Origin: a virus
Lineage: Duplodnaviria > Heunggongvirae > Uroviricota > Caudoviricetes
Strand: one strand, 5' to 3'
Virus record (IMG/VR): IMGVR_UViG_3300030035_000081
Location: 64,001 to 128,000 of that record
DNA length: 64,000 nucleotides
The stretch's first letter is position 1. Every line of letters starts with the position of its first letter. Positions 51,578 through 60,883 of the stretch are shown piece after piece. The notes under the pieces were generated by a model, which worked only from the letters and a program-made list of their open reading frames with translations, did not search any database and was not told where the DNA came from. Position numbers and translations under genes: made by a program.

Positions 51578-52300
51578 ATGAGCAACCCAAAAAGACCAGT
51601 TTCTACGGTCGAAGAGTTTATTAAGGTTTTCCATGAGATGAGCGCCCGATACGGTCGCAGCGAACTCTGGTATGACTACATCGACATGCATACCATTGCA
51701 CTTGCGAATACCTGTGATTTGCGTTGCAGAGACACAAGAGAGGAACAGTACAATGCCATCGTCCAGAAATACGACGAGAATACGGTACAGCAGTTTGCGG
51801 TGCTTACCGCCATCACAATGACCGCGCTCTTGGAAAACCCTGAGCAGGATTTTCTTGGCACCGTTTACCATAATCTCGGATTAAGCAAAAGCCAAGCAGG
51901 GCAGTTTTTCACGCCATACAATGTCGGACAGATGATGGCACGCATAAACATGCCGGATTCTCTTGTTCTGGACAAGTCCCGTATCCTGCGGGTGAACGAC
52001 CCGTGCTGTGGTGCCGGATGCCTGCTTCTGGCGGGGTACAATGTGATGCGCGAACAGTTGGAATCCACTGACCCGGACTGGGACAAGTATGTTCTGTTTG
52101 TGGCACAAGACATTGACCCTCTGGTCTGCAAGATGTGCTACATTCAAATGTGCTGTATTGGCGTTCCCGGAGTTGTCGTAGTAGGCAACTCTCTGTTCCC
52201 GGACGCAGAGCGGGCACCGACAGATTTTTGGTTCACGCACAAGTATTTTGCTTTGGACGAGAAAGCCTTCGAAAATGCATACCAACAAACAAAGGAGTGA
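51578..52300 (+). CDS. N6-adenine DNA methylase-like (SAM-binding) protein
   Basis: DFLG, GQFFTP, DPCCGAG, QDID, GNSL; no NPPY/F visible. Confidence 0.8.
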   Translation: MSNPKRPVSTVEEFIKVFHEMSARYGRSELWYDYIDMHTIALANTCDLRCRDTREEQYNAIVQKYDENTVQQFAVLTAITMTALLENPEQDFLGTVYHNLGLSKSQAGQFFTPYNVGQMMARINMPDSLVLDKSRILRVNDPCCGAGCLLLAGYNVMREQLESTDPDWDKYVLFVAQDIDPLVCKMCYIQMCCIGVPGVVVVGNSLFPDAERAPTDFWFTHKYFALDEKAFENAYQQTKE

Positions 52301-52306
52301 TACGAA

Positions 52307-52822
52307 ATGCATATGGTCACCAAAACCTACCAGCTCAGCGATGGCGAGAAGCTGACTGAATTTTATAATTGTATCGACTGGAAGTCGCTGTTTGAGTTCG
52401 TCCGACGCTATTACGGTATTGGCGTTGAGCAGCCTCCTGTAACATGCCTCAAACCCAACGGTTGCATTGAGGTGCATTGGCCGGAGAATCTGCGCGATAA
52501 ATGCGGTCTTTTCGGCCATACATACTGCGAAGTGCATCTGCAGACATTCTCGTCCTGCTGCTTCCACGACATCACCTACGACAAGGACATTGTCGACAAG
52601 TACCTCGCTCGTCCGGACTTTTACCGTTTGAATATTTCTTTGGAAAATGACTGCAACGGCACTTCTTCGGATGCTTATACGCAGCTGACATTTTCCCTAA
52701 AATACATCGAATTTTCCGGAGGGTACAACTTCGCAAGCCTGTTCAGTGCTGAATACCGTAAAGATACAGGCTGGTATGTTGTTTCCGGAGAAGGCGAAGT
52801 TCTCATGGGGGCGAAGAAATAA
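52307..52822 (+). CDS. Hypothetical protein, paralog of 27345
   Basis: See 27345. Confidence 0.8.
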   Translation: MHMVTKTYQLSDGEKLTEFYNCIDWKSLFEFVRRYYGIGVEQPPVTCLKPNGCIEVHWPENLRDKCGLFGHTYCEVHLQTFSSCCFHDITYDKDIVDKYLARPDFYRLNISLENDCNGTSSDAYTQLTFSLKYIEFSGGYNFASLFSAEYRKDTGWYVVSGEGEVLMGAKK

Positions 52823-52866
52823 GAAAAAGATTTGCCGCTCATCTTCGGATGGGCGGCATTTTTTAC

Positions 52867-53001
52867 TTGCCAAAATGTGCGAACCGCCTAGAATGGTATT
52901 TGTACGATAGATACCATCTACTAGGCACTTTTTGTGGTCGTACAAAAATTCATAATTTCGTTGAGGCGGACTTTCCGGAGAATCGGGAGGTCTGCCTTTT
53001 T
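52867..53001 (+). promoter_or_regulatory. Promoter-leader-attenuator module copy
   Basis: All sub-motifs present. Confidence 0.9.
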
Positions 53002-53021
53002 GCGTAGAAGGGAGTATTTTT

Positions 53022-53747
53022 ATGTCAACCAGAAAAATCTTATTCCGTGGTCAGACTCGGCGCAAGGGGGAAAAGACCTCCATATCCGGTAAACCTCTGC
53101 CTGGCATCTGGGTCGCGGGCGGCGTCTTTCCTCAGAACAAGGGATATGATTACGCGATAATCTACCAGCAGAACCCGAAGATTGAAAAGTACGTTGTACA
53201 TGCGGACACTATTGGCCAGTATACTGGCATCAACGATTCTCTCGGCAATTTCATCTTTGAAGATGACATCATCACTTTCTGGCTGAAGAATGATGCGACC
53301 CGAACATGCCGCAAGGGTGTAGTCGAGTATTCTGAATCGTCGGCCCGTTTTATGGTTCGCGTTTGCGAATCCACGGACGTTGTCATGCTCAAGGATTGCT
53401 GCTGCATTCACGTGATTGGGAATGTCTTTGACGGTGAATTCGACAAGAGTGAAAGCGAAATGAAGCAACTTTATACGGAATGCTTGAACCTTGCAAAATT
53501 CATTGACGCTATCATGCTCTGCTACAGCCCGGACATCGACGCTCTCAAAGCTGAAAATCTTTCTGATATGGCTGTGCGCTTGCTCGATGGAGTTTCCCGC
53601 CGTGACGTTGTCAAGGACTTAGAGGATTTTCGTGACAAGTGGAGGCATTACAACGAACAGACAGCAGCAGAATCTCAAGTGATTCTTGACAAAATTTCTG
53701 AGCTGTTCGAAAAGGATGGTGATAGCAAGTCAATAACCCACGACTGA
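53022..53747 (+). CDS. YopX-family protein (last codons from the IS end)
   Basis: R.ILFRG, TIGQYTG..D..G..IFE.DI, VIGNVFD. Confidence 0.85.
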   Translation: MSTRKILFRGQTRRKGEKTSISGKPLPGIWVAGGVFPQNKGYDYAIIYQQNPKIEKYVVHADTIGQYTGINDSLGNFIFEDDIITFWLKNDATRTCRKGVVEYSESSARFMVRVCESTDVVMLKDCCCIHVIGNVFDGEFDKSESEMKQLYTECLNLAKFIDAIMLCYSPDIDALKAENLSDMAVRLLDGVSRRDVVKDLEDFRDKWRHYNEQTAAESQVILDKISELFEKDGDSKSITHD

Positions 53748-54033
53748 AGTCGCGGGCTTGTGGAAACACGAGTCTGTGATTTCAGCTGTGCCCGAAAGGG
53801 TGTGTTGACTACCCTATGCGCATTAAGTTGCGCCTCGTTATAAGCGAATAGATAGTTACCGTGTAGCGTCAATCCTAACTGCACGCTCTAAGGCAACACA
53901 TCAAAGAAATCTGAGGTAAAGACAACAGGTGTGGCTGCATTAAACCGCTTATAACTTTGGGGAAGGATTAGCTTCTTCGGAAGTAACTCCTCTTCGGAGG
54001 AGAGGATAGCTTATCATTAGCTGTCACACAAAT
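53729..54033 (+). ncRNA. omega RNA (HEARO-like) scaffold
   Basis: Homologous to 11427..11725. Confidence 0.85.
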
Positions 54034-54051
54034 AGAAAGGAGCATGGTGTC

Positions 54052-55314
54052 ATGCAATATGTGTATGTGCTTAACAAACACGGCGAGCCTTTGATGCCGT
54101 GTTCCCCACGCAAGGCTCGCTTATTGTTAAAGCAGAAGAAAGCATGCGTTGTAAAACGCACGTCGTTTACAATCAAACTCTTGTATGGAAGTACAGGATA
54201 CAAGCAACCTATTACTTTGGGCGTAGATGCAGGCAGCAAGCATATCGGTATATCTGCTACTACTGAAAAGCACGAGCTCTATCGTGAAGAAGCAACTCCA
54301 CGCAATGATGTCGTTGATTTGCTTTCTGCACGCCGTGCCTTCAGACGCAGCAGACGAAACCGTAAAACCCGTTATCGTGCGCCACGTTTCAACAACAGGG
54401 TACATAGCAAGCACGAAGGCTGGTTGGCACCATCGGTAGAGGTCAAGATTCGGGAACACATTACGCTTATCAAGCGTGTGTGCCGTATCCTGCCTGTTAC
54501 GCTCGTCAGAGTGGAAACAGCAGAGTTTGATACACAACGTTTGAAAGCAATGCTGGAAGGCAAGCCTCTGCCGGTAGGCACAGACTATCAGCTTGGTGAA
54601 ATGTACGATGAGTACAATGTACGCCAGTATGTTCTGAAACGCGATAACTATACGTGTCAGTGCTGTGGAGCACATTCTACCAAAACTAAAGACGTAAAGC
54701 TGCATGTGCATCATATTGAGACCCGTAGAACAGGTGGCAATGCGCCAAACAACCTTATCACGCTATGCACAGATTGTCACAAAGCGCTTCATGCCGGAAA
54801 GGTAACACTTGACGGCAAGAAACGAGGCAAGCCTCTTAAAGATGCGGCTTTTATGGGCGTTATGCGCAAAACGCTTATGGAGCGCCTGCATAAAAAGTTA
54901 AAGATTCCTGTACAAGGAACTTATGGTTACATAACCAAGTACTTGCGTGAAAAGAATGGTATCCCTAAAAGCCACACCAACGATGCACGCTGCATTAGCA
55001 AAAATCCATTGGCTATACCTTGTGATACTTGCTACTACACAAAAGCGGTGCGTCACCATAACAGACAACTGCATAAAGCAACCATTCTGAAAGGCGGTAT
55101 ACGCAAAGCTAATCAAGCGCCGTACATCGTAAAAGGCTATCGTCTTTGGGACAAGGTATCCTGTAACGGCACAGAATGCTTTATTACAGGCAGACGCACT
55201 TCTGGATACTTTGCTCTAAAGAAGTTGGACGGTACTGTTATTTCTAACAGTATATCTTACAAAAAGCTACGGCTATTAGAAGTTGCAACAAATTATATTA
55301 CAGAAAGAAGGTGA
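54052..55314 (+). CDS. iscB: IscB RNA-guided endonuclease
   Basis: Same motifs and length (420 aa) as 11744. Confidence 0.95.
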   Translation: MQYVYVLNKHGEPLMPCSPRKARLLLKQKKACVVKRTSFTIKLLYGSTGYKQPITLGVDAGSKHIGISATTEKHELYREEATPRNDVVDLLSARRAFRRSRRNRKTRYRAPRFNNRVHSKHEGWLAPSVEVKIREHITLIKRVCRILPVTLVRVETAEFDTQRLKAMLEGKPLPVGTDYQLGEMYDEYNVRQYVLKRDNYTCQCCGAHSTKTKDVKLHVHHIETRRTGGNAPNNLITLCTDCHKALHAGKVTLDGKKRGKPLKDAAFMGVMRKTLMERLHKKLKIPVQGTYGYITKYLREKNGIPKSHTNDARCISKNPLAIPCDTCYYTKAVRHHNRQLHKATILKGGIRKANQAPYIVKGYRLWDKVSCNGTECFITGRRTSGYFALKKLDGTVISNSISYKKLRLLEVATNYITERR

Positions 55315-55364
55315 AGGAGCAATTCCTCCCATGACTGAAGTCACGGGTATCCTTGCCCAGCTCA

Positions 55365-55637
55365 ATGACGACCGAAACTGAATACCAAAATGCCGTGAAC
55401 TACCTCACCAAGCTCCTGAATGGCGGCTTGATGGGGGAGCGAGGCAGTAAACCTTTGCGTATAGCCATCGAGGCTTGTGAGCTGCAAATTCCAAAGCAGC
55501 CCATCTCGAAAAGCTGGTCTCCGAACCTCTGCCCACATTGCGATGCGGACTTAGGCGGGGACTGCAACGATGGGTACTACCAGAATCCACATTATGAGCG
55601 ATGCCCTGTTTGCGGACAAAAACTCAAATACATCTAA
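55365..55637 (+). CDS. Small Zn-ribbon protein
   Basis: QIPK.P...CPHC...CP.CGQKL. Confidence 0.75.
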   Translation: MTTETEYQNAVNYLTKLLNGGLMGERGSKPLRIAIEACELQIPKQPISKSWSPNLCPHCDADLGGDCNDGYYQNPHYERCPVCGQKLKYI

Positions 55638-55755
55638 CCGGCAGGGAGCAATCGTTCCCTGGAAATCATTACCCCGCACAGGCCCCAATGATGCCTGTGC
55701 ATGATTTTTTCATTTTATAAAACTACCAATATTTTCAAAAGGAGTATGTAAACAC

Positions 55756-56139
55756 ATGATTACTTTACCTACTAACCATCCCTATTTCTTCACTTGCCCG
55801 TCTTGTGGCTGCAAGCTTATTTCCGTATCCAGCGGTGTAAAGGCTAAACCGCATTGTCCGGAATGTGACTATTCTGCTGATGACGCATTCGTGGTCAAGG
55901 ACCGCGTCATGAACGAAGCTATGAATGTCATCGCCGATAACGCGGAACTGGCTGAAAATTTTGCCGAAACTATCAAGAACGAAATTGCAAGCGATGATGA
56001 TGCCTATGCACACATCGGGTTTCATCTAGCAAACGATATCCGGAATCAGAGTCCCGCATCCGAGGTGCTCTTGACCCTTTGCGGCTGGAACATCGACACG
56101 CTGCTCGACAAAACGCCTCCCATCGCTATCGAGGACTGA
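55756..56139 (+). CDS. Zn-ribbon hypothetical protein
   Basis: CPSC...CPEC; AAGGAG RBS. Confidence 0.75.
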   Translation: MITLPTNHPYFFTCPSCGCKLISVSSGVKAKPHCPECDYSADDAFVVKDRVMNEAMNVIADNAELAENFAETIKNEIASDDDAYAHIGFHLANDIRNQSPASEVLLTLCGWNIDTLLDKTPPIAIED

Positions 56140-56186
56140 CGCCATTGGTACTGTCCAGAACGTCAAAACTTTAGCACAAATACGCC

Positions 56187-56323
56187 TTGCTGATACGTGC
56201 GAATCAGAGATAATAATATTTGTACGATAGATATCATTTGTCTTTGACAAGGTCTCTTGTGCATGTACTATTCACAATTTCGTTGAAGAGCGGACTTCTT
56301 GTTATTCAGGAAGCCCGCTTTTT
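56187..56323 (+). promoter_or_regulatory. Promoter-leader-attenuator module copy
   Basis: All sub-motifs, slightly degenerate 3' arm. Confidence 0.85.
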
Positions 56324-56351
56324 ATATTAAATTTTAAGGAGTGTATTATCT

Positions 56352-57410
56352 ATGTCTAACAAAACAAACCAATCCGTTCTGGTCAATGACACCAGCAGCT
56401 ACTACCTCAAGCAGTATGCAGCTCTGCAGTTCCCGGGCTCCGTTGACAATTTCGGGACCAAGACACCCATTCATCTTTTGCAGCAACAAGAAGAATCTGA
56501 GCACAGCGTATCCTTACGTGAAGCTTGCGATTCGGACTATGACCTCGATGGTGCGCAGTTCTTGTTCGAGGGCGCGACTTATGACTCGGTGACAGATTTG
56601 GTCAAGGACAATCTGTGCCTTGACGACGAAGAATCGATTCAGGAATACAATGAGCATCCTCGGTTTGACCCGTTCATTTCGTATGAAGAACTGGTTGACA
56701 AAAAGAATGCCGACAGGGAAGACATCCGCGATATTCGTGATTCGCACCGTCTCGACACGATGGCCGACTATGTCGATATGTACTCCACGGCAAGCGGGTA
56801 TGATACAGCAGATGATATCACGGTTCTGCTTCCTTCTTCCTCGTATGAAACCATAGGCATGGCGTTCACACATCAGGCTCTCAAACAGTATGAGAAGTCG
56901 ATTGACAATCATCTATTCCGCAAACATCGCTGCTATGCGGCGTGCGGAGAAGACTATAGCCGTGAAGCTGGCGACTACTACCCCATCATGAATTTCATTC
57001 GTGATGCAGGGGAGCAGCTGCTGATTCAGGACCTCGAGAACTTTGATGTCAAAGTGATGGAGCTTGCTTCCGACGATGAAGTCGCTGACTTTTATTGCGA
57101 ACATCCTCACGAGTTGTTTCGAACTGCTTATATCAAAGTCTCTGAAAAAGACACCATTGGCAAATGCTATTCTCGTCTGTACGTCTTTTGCTCCGGTCAC
57201 GAGGAAACCTTCTCTGACGGAAGCAGTTTCCCGGTTTGCGACAGCCATTATGTCAAGGCCGTCAAGGAAGGGAAGGAATACAAAGTTCCTTATCCTTTTG
57301 ACTGCAACCGTTTCGCCGATGAACTGAACAAAAAGTCCAATGAAAAGGAACGCTTGACACCCGCTCAGCGCCTTTTCTTCTGGACTGAGTACAAAAAACC
57401 TATCGAATAA
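56352..57410 (+). CDS. Hypothetical protein
   Basis: 352-aa acidic ORF, AAGGAG RBS. Confidence 0.85.
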   Translation: MSNKTNQSVLVNDTSSYYLKQYAALQFPGSVDNFGTKTPIHLLQQQEESEHSVSLREACDSDYDLDGAQFLFEGATYDSVTDLVKDNLCLDDEESIQEYNEHPRFDPFISYEELVDKKNADREDIRDIRDSHRLDTMADYVDMYSTASGYDTADDITVLLPSSSYETIGMAFTHQALKQYEKSIDNHLFRKHRCYAACGEDYSREAGDYYPIMNFIRDAGEQLLIQDLENFDVKVMELASDDEVADFYCEHPHELFRTAYIKVSEKDTIGKCYSRLYVFCSGHEETFSDGSSFPVCDSHYVKAVKEGKEYKVPYPFDCNRFADELNKKSNEKERLTPAQRLFFWTEYKKPIE

Positions 57411-57428
57411 CAAAGAGGAGAAATTGCT

Positions 57429-57629
57429 ATGAAAAGCTTTAATGTTGTTGTGACCGTTTCCACTACCATCTGCGTTGATGCCAACACCCCTGAGGATGCC
57501 ATCAAGAAAGTACAGAAGGCACTTGACGCCAACGATGCTGGGACTGCCATGCAGCTTGGCGAAAACCTGTCGTGTGCTTTGCGCGATGGCGGCTATCAGG
57601 TGACTAATGCCGTTGAAGTGGACGAGTAA
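57429..57629 (+). CDS. Small hypothetical protein
   Basis: MK.F.V.V......V.A...EDA pattern. Confidence 0.7.
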   Translation: MKSFNVVVTVSTTICVDANTPEDAIKKVQKALDANDAGTAMQLGENLSCALRDGGYQVTNAVEVDE

Positions 57630-57642
57630 GGGGAGATGCGAT

Positions 57643-57831
57643 ATGACAATCCCTTTAATTCCTTGTCCTTCCTGTAACTTTACGCTCAAGCCTGTCTGGT
57701 TCTTAGAAAAGGAGCTGGACAATCACGGCATCCCGACCGGACGCACTCGCAAGGCTTGCAGCTGCTTGCTCTGTGATATGTGCGGATACAAAGAAACAGT
57801 AGACGATTCAATCGATGAACCGTACAAATGA
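57643..57831 (+). CDS. Small Zn-ribbon protein
   Basis: CPSC...CDMCG. Confidence 0.7.
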   Translation: MTIPLIPCPSCNFTLKPVWFLEKELDNHGIPTGRTRKACSCLLCDMCGYKETVDDSIDEPYK

Positions 57832-57848
57832 TTTAAGGAGCAAAAGAA

Positions 57849-58025
57849 ATGATTAGATTTTATATTCAGAATTTAGAGGATTTTGATGAGGCTTGTGAGG
57901 CTCTTGACTCCTGCGGTGTTAAATTCGAATTGGACGGTGGCGACCGCATTATGGTTGAAGATGAACTTCGTCAGGATGCGCTCAGTGTCTTCGACGAATA
58001 TGACATTGATGCTGAGGAGGTCTGA
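57849..58025 (+). CDS. 58-aa mini-protein (family D)
   Basis: AAGGAG RBS; MIRFYIQNLEDFDEACEALDSCGVKFELDGGDRIMV...; not in ORF track. Confidence 0.75.
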   Translation: MIRFYIQNLEDFDEACEALDSCGVKFELDGGDRIMVEDELRQDALSVFDEYDIDAEEV

Positions 58026-58028
58026 ACT

Positions 58029-58241
58029 ATGCTGCGTCCCAACAAAATCAGTCCCCAAAAACCATGCCCATTCTGCGGTGCCTTTCTCGAAAATCAAGCA
58101 CCCAGCGTCCTCTGGTGCCACCCGCAAAACGGTTGTTTGCTGAGTCTCCGTGCTATCGCCGGAGACGACCAAATTGCTCAGTGGGATACGCGATACGGTG
58201 AGACGGCTGGCAAAAGCAATGTAAATTGTGAGGAACGATAA
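58029..58241 (+). CDS. Lar-like (restriction alleviation) Zn-finger protein
   Basis: KPCPFCG...W.TR signature. Confidence 0.55.
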   Translation: MLRPNKISPQKPCPFCGAFLENQAPSVLWCHPQNGCLLSLRAIAGDDQIAQWDTRYGETAGKSNVNCEER

Positions 58242-58408
58242 TGGCCAGATTTTTCGTTTATAGCACGAAGGAAGCTGCTGTGGCTTTGAAAGAAGCGCAT
58301 ATCCCTTACCGGGTACACGGCGAATGCTGTATATCGGTGAACAATGATGATTACAGCACCGCTGTTGAGGCTTTCTTTCGCAACGATGTAAGTTTTCAAC
58401 CGGAATAA
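58241..58408 (+). CDS. 55-aa mini-protein (family D)
   Basis: GAGG RBS; MARFFVYSTKEAAVALKEAHIPY...; not in ORF track. Confidence 0.7.
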   Translation: MARFFVYSTKEAAVALKEAHIPYRVHGECCISVNNDDYSTAVEAFFRNDVSFQPE

Positions 58409-58422
58409 AGGAGGTATTTCTC

Positions 58423-58599
58423 ATTACAAGATTCTTGGCGTTTGGCCTTGCTGCCGCATGCGCCGCACTTGCTCAGGAAGCGATTCCGTATTCACTTGAC
58501 TGCCATCGACTGATTCTGGTTGATGAAAGCCATTACTTTGAAACCATTGATATTTTCGATGATTACGACATCGATTTCGATGTTATCGGAAATTTTTGA
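58423..58599 (+). CDS. 58-aa mini-protein (family D) with ATT start
   Basis: AAGGAGGT RBS then ATT-TRFLAFGLAAACAALAQEAIPY...FDDYDID. Confidence 0.55.
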   Translation: MTRFLAFGLAAACAALAQEAIPYSLDCHRLILVDESHYFETIDIFDDYDIDFDVIGNF

Positions 58600-58612
58600 A
58601 AGGAGAACTGTT

Positions 58613-58888
58613 ATGTTTACAAAAGAACTCTATAAAATCACATGTACCCGCAACGGTGAAACCAGCGATATCGGCACTTATTTGCTGAAGCCTGGTCCCG
58701 AGGCTCCAATGGACTGCTACCGCAACTTTTTGAACAAAACGGATGTGGCCGTTTCCATCAAAAGCGTACCGGACGGATTTATCGTCACTGATAATTCTGA
58801 ACCTGACACCAGCTACCACCTGATGTTTATCCCGATGGACGACGATTTCTGGGCCCGCTGCGCGGCTGAGAAAGAAACGAAACAATAA
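58613..58888 (+). CDS. Hypothetical protein
   Basis: AAGGAG RBS; terminator follows. Confidence 0.75.
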   Translation: MFTKELYKITCTRNGETSDIGTYLLKPGPEAPMDCYRNFLNKTDVAVSIKSVPDGFIVTDNSEPDTSYHLMFIPMDDDFWARCAAEKETKQ

Positions 58889-58930
58889 TATTTGCCCCTT
58901 CATCCCTTTTGGGATGAGGGGGCTTTTTTG

Positions 58931-59065
58931 TTGACACTGCTTGCGAAAGGCTGATAATAAAAGCTGTACGATAGATACCATCTATAGCGCCATTTGGGCC
59001 GTACGAAAAATTCATAATCTCGCACAATGAAGGCAGATTCACTTTCGGGTGAGTCTGCCTTTTTT
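58931..59065 (+). promoter_or_regulatory. Promoter-leader-attenuator module copy
   Basis: All sub-motifs present. Confidence 0.88.
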
Positions 59066-59098
59066 ATTTGCGCGAACACAAGAAAGGAATTAACAACA

Positions 59099-59320
59099 AT
59101 GATTGCAAACCTAAAAATCGGTCCGTGCCCTAAGTGTGGAAGCACTACGTTCCATGCGACAGCACACGTCACTCAGACCTGGCTTGTTGATGAGGACGGC
59201 GAGTTCATCAAGGCCGAGACCAACTGCGATGAGGTAACTCATTCTCCCGACACTGAGGACTTGTTTGAGTGCTCTAAATGCGGGGCTGAGGTTCCAGCAA
59301 AGTATGTGTACAGCGAATGA
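59099..59320 (+). CDS. Small Zn-ribbon protein
   Basis: CPKCG...CSKCG. Confidence 0.75.
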   Translation: MIANLKIGPCPKCGSTTFHATAHVTQTWLVDEDGEFIKAETNCDEVTHSPDTEDLFECSKCGAEVPAKYVYSE

Positions 59321-59417
59321 TTCCGCGACTACTTTTGCAAAACCATTCGTACATACCATCGTCAAAAAGCAGGCATGGCCTAACGATTTGTTAGGGTACT
59401 TTTTGGAGGGAAATACT

Positions 59418-60179
59418 ATGAAAAATCGTGTACCTGAAGTCTTTTTGTCCGAAATGTTCGGCGAATTGCGCATCATGGAGGATGACAACAAATTCTATTT
59501 TTGCGCCGCAGATGTTTGCTCAGCTTTAGGCTACTCAAACCCAAGCCATGAACTGAACATACATTGCCGCCATGATGGCATCAGGGCTGGCAGAGCGGAT
59601 GTAAACGGCGTTCCCCGCATCATCAAGTTCATCTCGGAAGGCAACGTATATCGTCTAATCTGCCGCTCAAACAAACCCGAAGCGGAAAAGTTTGAGACCT
59701 GGGTTTTTGACGAACTCTTGCCCCGGATTCGCCAGACCGGCGGTTATGTAAATGACCCAGTAGTCTTTGTCGATAATTGGCTTCCGAACACGGACGCCAA
59801 AACTAAGGTTTTGCTTGTCACTTCGCTGGAAGCTGTCAAGAATCAGGACAACATTATCGGCGTGCAGCAGGAGAGTGTTGAGTTCCATCGCGCAGTGAGT
59901 GCATCCGTGAACAGCGTCGATTTCGGCGAGTTTGCAAAATGTCTTGCCAACGACCGTATCAACATCGGCCGCAACCGTCTGATGGCGTGGCTGCGCAAAG
60001 AAAAGTATATTGACTCTGCAAATGTTGCTTACCAGCGCTACATCGACCAGGGAATCTTCGAGGTTAAGGAAACGGTGTACTATGTCGGCACCACTTACCA
60101 TACATCGCGTAAGACGCTGATTACTCCTAAGGGGCAGGTATATTTGGCAAAGAAGGTTTCTAAAGAATACAAAGGCTGA
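59418..60179 (+). CDS. BRO-N / KilA-C (ANT) phage antirepressor-like protein
   Basis: FG.LR....F.A.DV..ALGY.N, ISE..VYRLI.RS.KP.A..F..WV, IGRNRL..WLR, T.ITPKGQ. Confidence 0.9.
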   Translation: MKNRVPEVFLSEMFGELRIMEDDNKFYFCAADVCSALGYSNPSHELNIHCRHDGIRAGRADVNGVPRIIKFISEGNVYRLICRSNKPEAEKFETWVFDELLPRIRQTGGYVNDPVVFVDNWLPNTDAKTKVLLVTSLEAVKNQDNIIGVQQESVEFHRAVSASVNSVDFGEFAKCLANDRINIGRNRLMAWLRKEKYIDSANVAYQRYIDQGIFEVKETVYYVGTTYHTSRKTLITPKGQVYLAKKVSKEYKG

Positions 60180-60185
60180 TTTTGC

Positions 60186-60303
60186 TTGACCGCGCTTGCG
60201 GAATGAATAAAATCAGTCTTGTACGATGGATACCAGCAAATCCATAGTTATTCACAACCTGTAGCAGAAAGCAGACTCATCTTCGGATGGGCCTGCTTTT
60301 TTT
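60186..60303 (+). promoter_or_regulatory. Promoter-leader-attenuator module copy (no 3' GTAC arm)
   Basis: ttgtacgatggatacca..atcca, attcacaacctg, AGCAGACTCA..TGGGCCTGCT-T run. Confidence 0.82.
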
Positions 60304-60332
60304 GTTTACATGAAAAAGAAAGGAACGATTTC

Positions 60333-60797
60333 ATGAATTTTAACCCTAATAACCAGAACACTCTTCTCACAAAGAAAGTCGCAGCACTATACGAAGCAAT
60401 GCAGAAGGCTGGTGATAGTGGTCTCGCCTTTATGGTCGTTGACAGTCTCAATAGTCTTGCAAATTATGCCAGTTTTTTGGCTGAACAAGAAATCTTAATT
60501 CAGCAAGCTCGTATCACGATGGATGCTGCAAGCTACCGCATTTTTTATCACAGCGTCGATTCTGCCCGTACCAGTTTGCTCGAAAACGCGGCTGCCAATG
60601 TCGCTTTACTCAACCGGCTGTGCAAGAAATACAACACAGACCAGATTGCTGGAAATGTGGCAGACGCAATTGAAGCCGAAATGAACTCCGGCAACATGTA
60701 TTCTCTTGCTAATTCCCCGGCCTACACTGCATTCGCCAAAGAGGTTCTCAACACCTATTATACGACCGGTTCAGCCGGAAGCATCTGTAACAAGTAA
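60333..60797 (+). CDS. Helical hypothetical protein (DUF3232-like), paralog of 60884
   Basis: NTL...KV..LY.A, I.QAR.TMD, D..R, NRLC.K.NT, FAKEV. Confidence 0.75.
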   Translation: MNFNPNNQNTLLTKKVAALYEAMQKAGDSGLAFMVVDSLNSLANYASFLAEQEILIQQARITMDAASYRIFYHSVDSARTSLLENAAANVALLNRLCKKYNTDQIAGNVADAIEAEMNSGNMYSLANSPAYTAFAKEVLNTYYTTGSAGSICNK

Positions 60798-60808
60798 ATC
60801 AATCCAAG

Positions 60809-60883
60809 CCCTTTACGGGGTCCACATTGCGGTGGAGGCAAAAGCCAAGAGCCGCACGATGACCCCGCGTTAAGGGGAGACGT
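60809..60883 (+). promoter_or_regulatory. Structured 5'-UTR motif, copy 2
   Basis: Homologous to 21381..21458 with compensatory changes. Confidence 0.7.

Larger units (their letters stand above)
53729..55364 (+). mobile_element. IS200/IS605-family IscB element, copy 2 (no tnpA)
   Basis: Same ends as copy 1; followed by ATGA. Confidence 0.9.

Noticed and set aside
33306..60333. ORF-track N-terminal extensions running through leader modules (33306, 34813, 37827, 47457, 51491, 59027, 60219)
   Set aside because: True starts with an RBS lie downstream of the terminators; no conserved leader peptide across copies.
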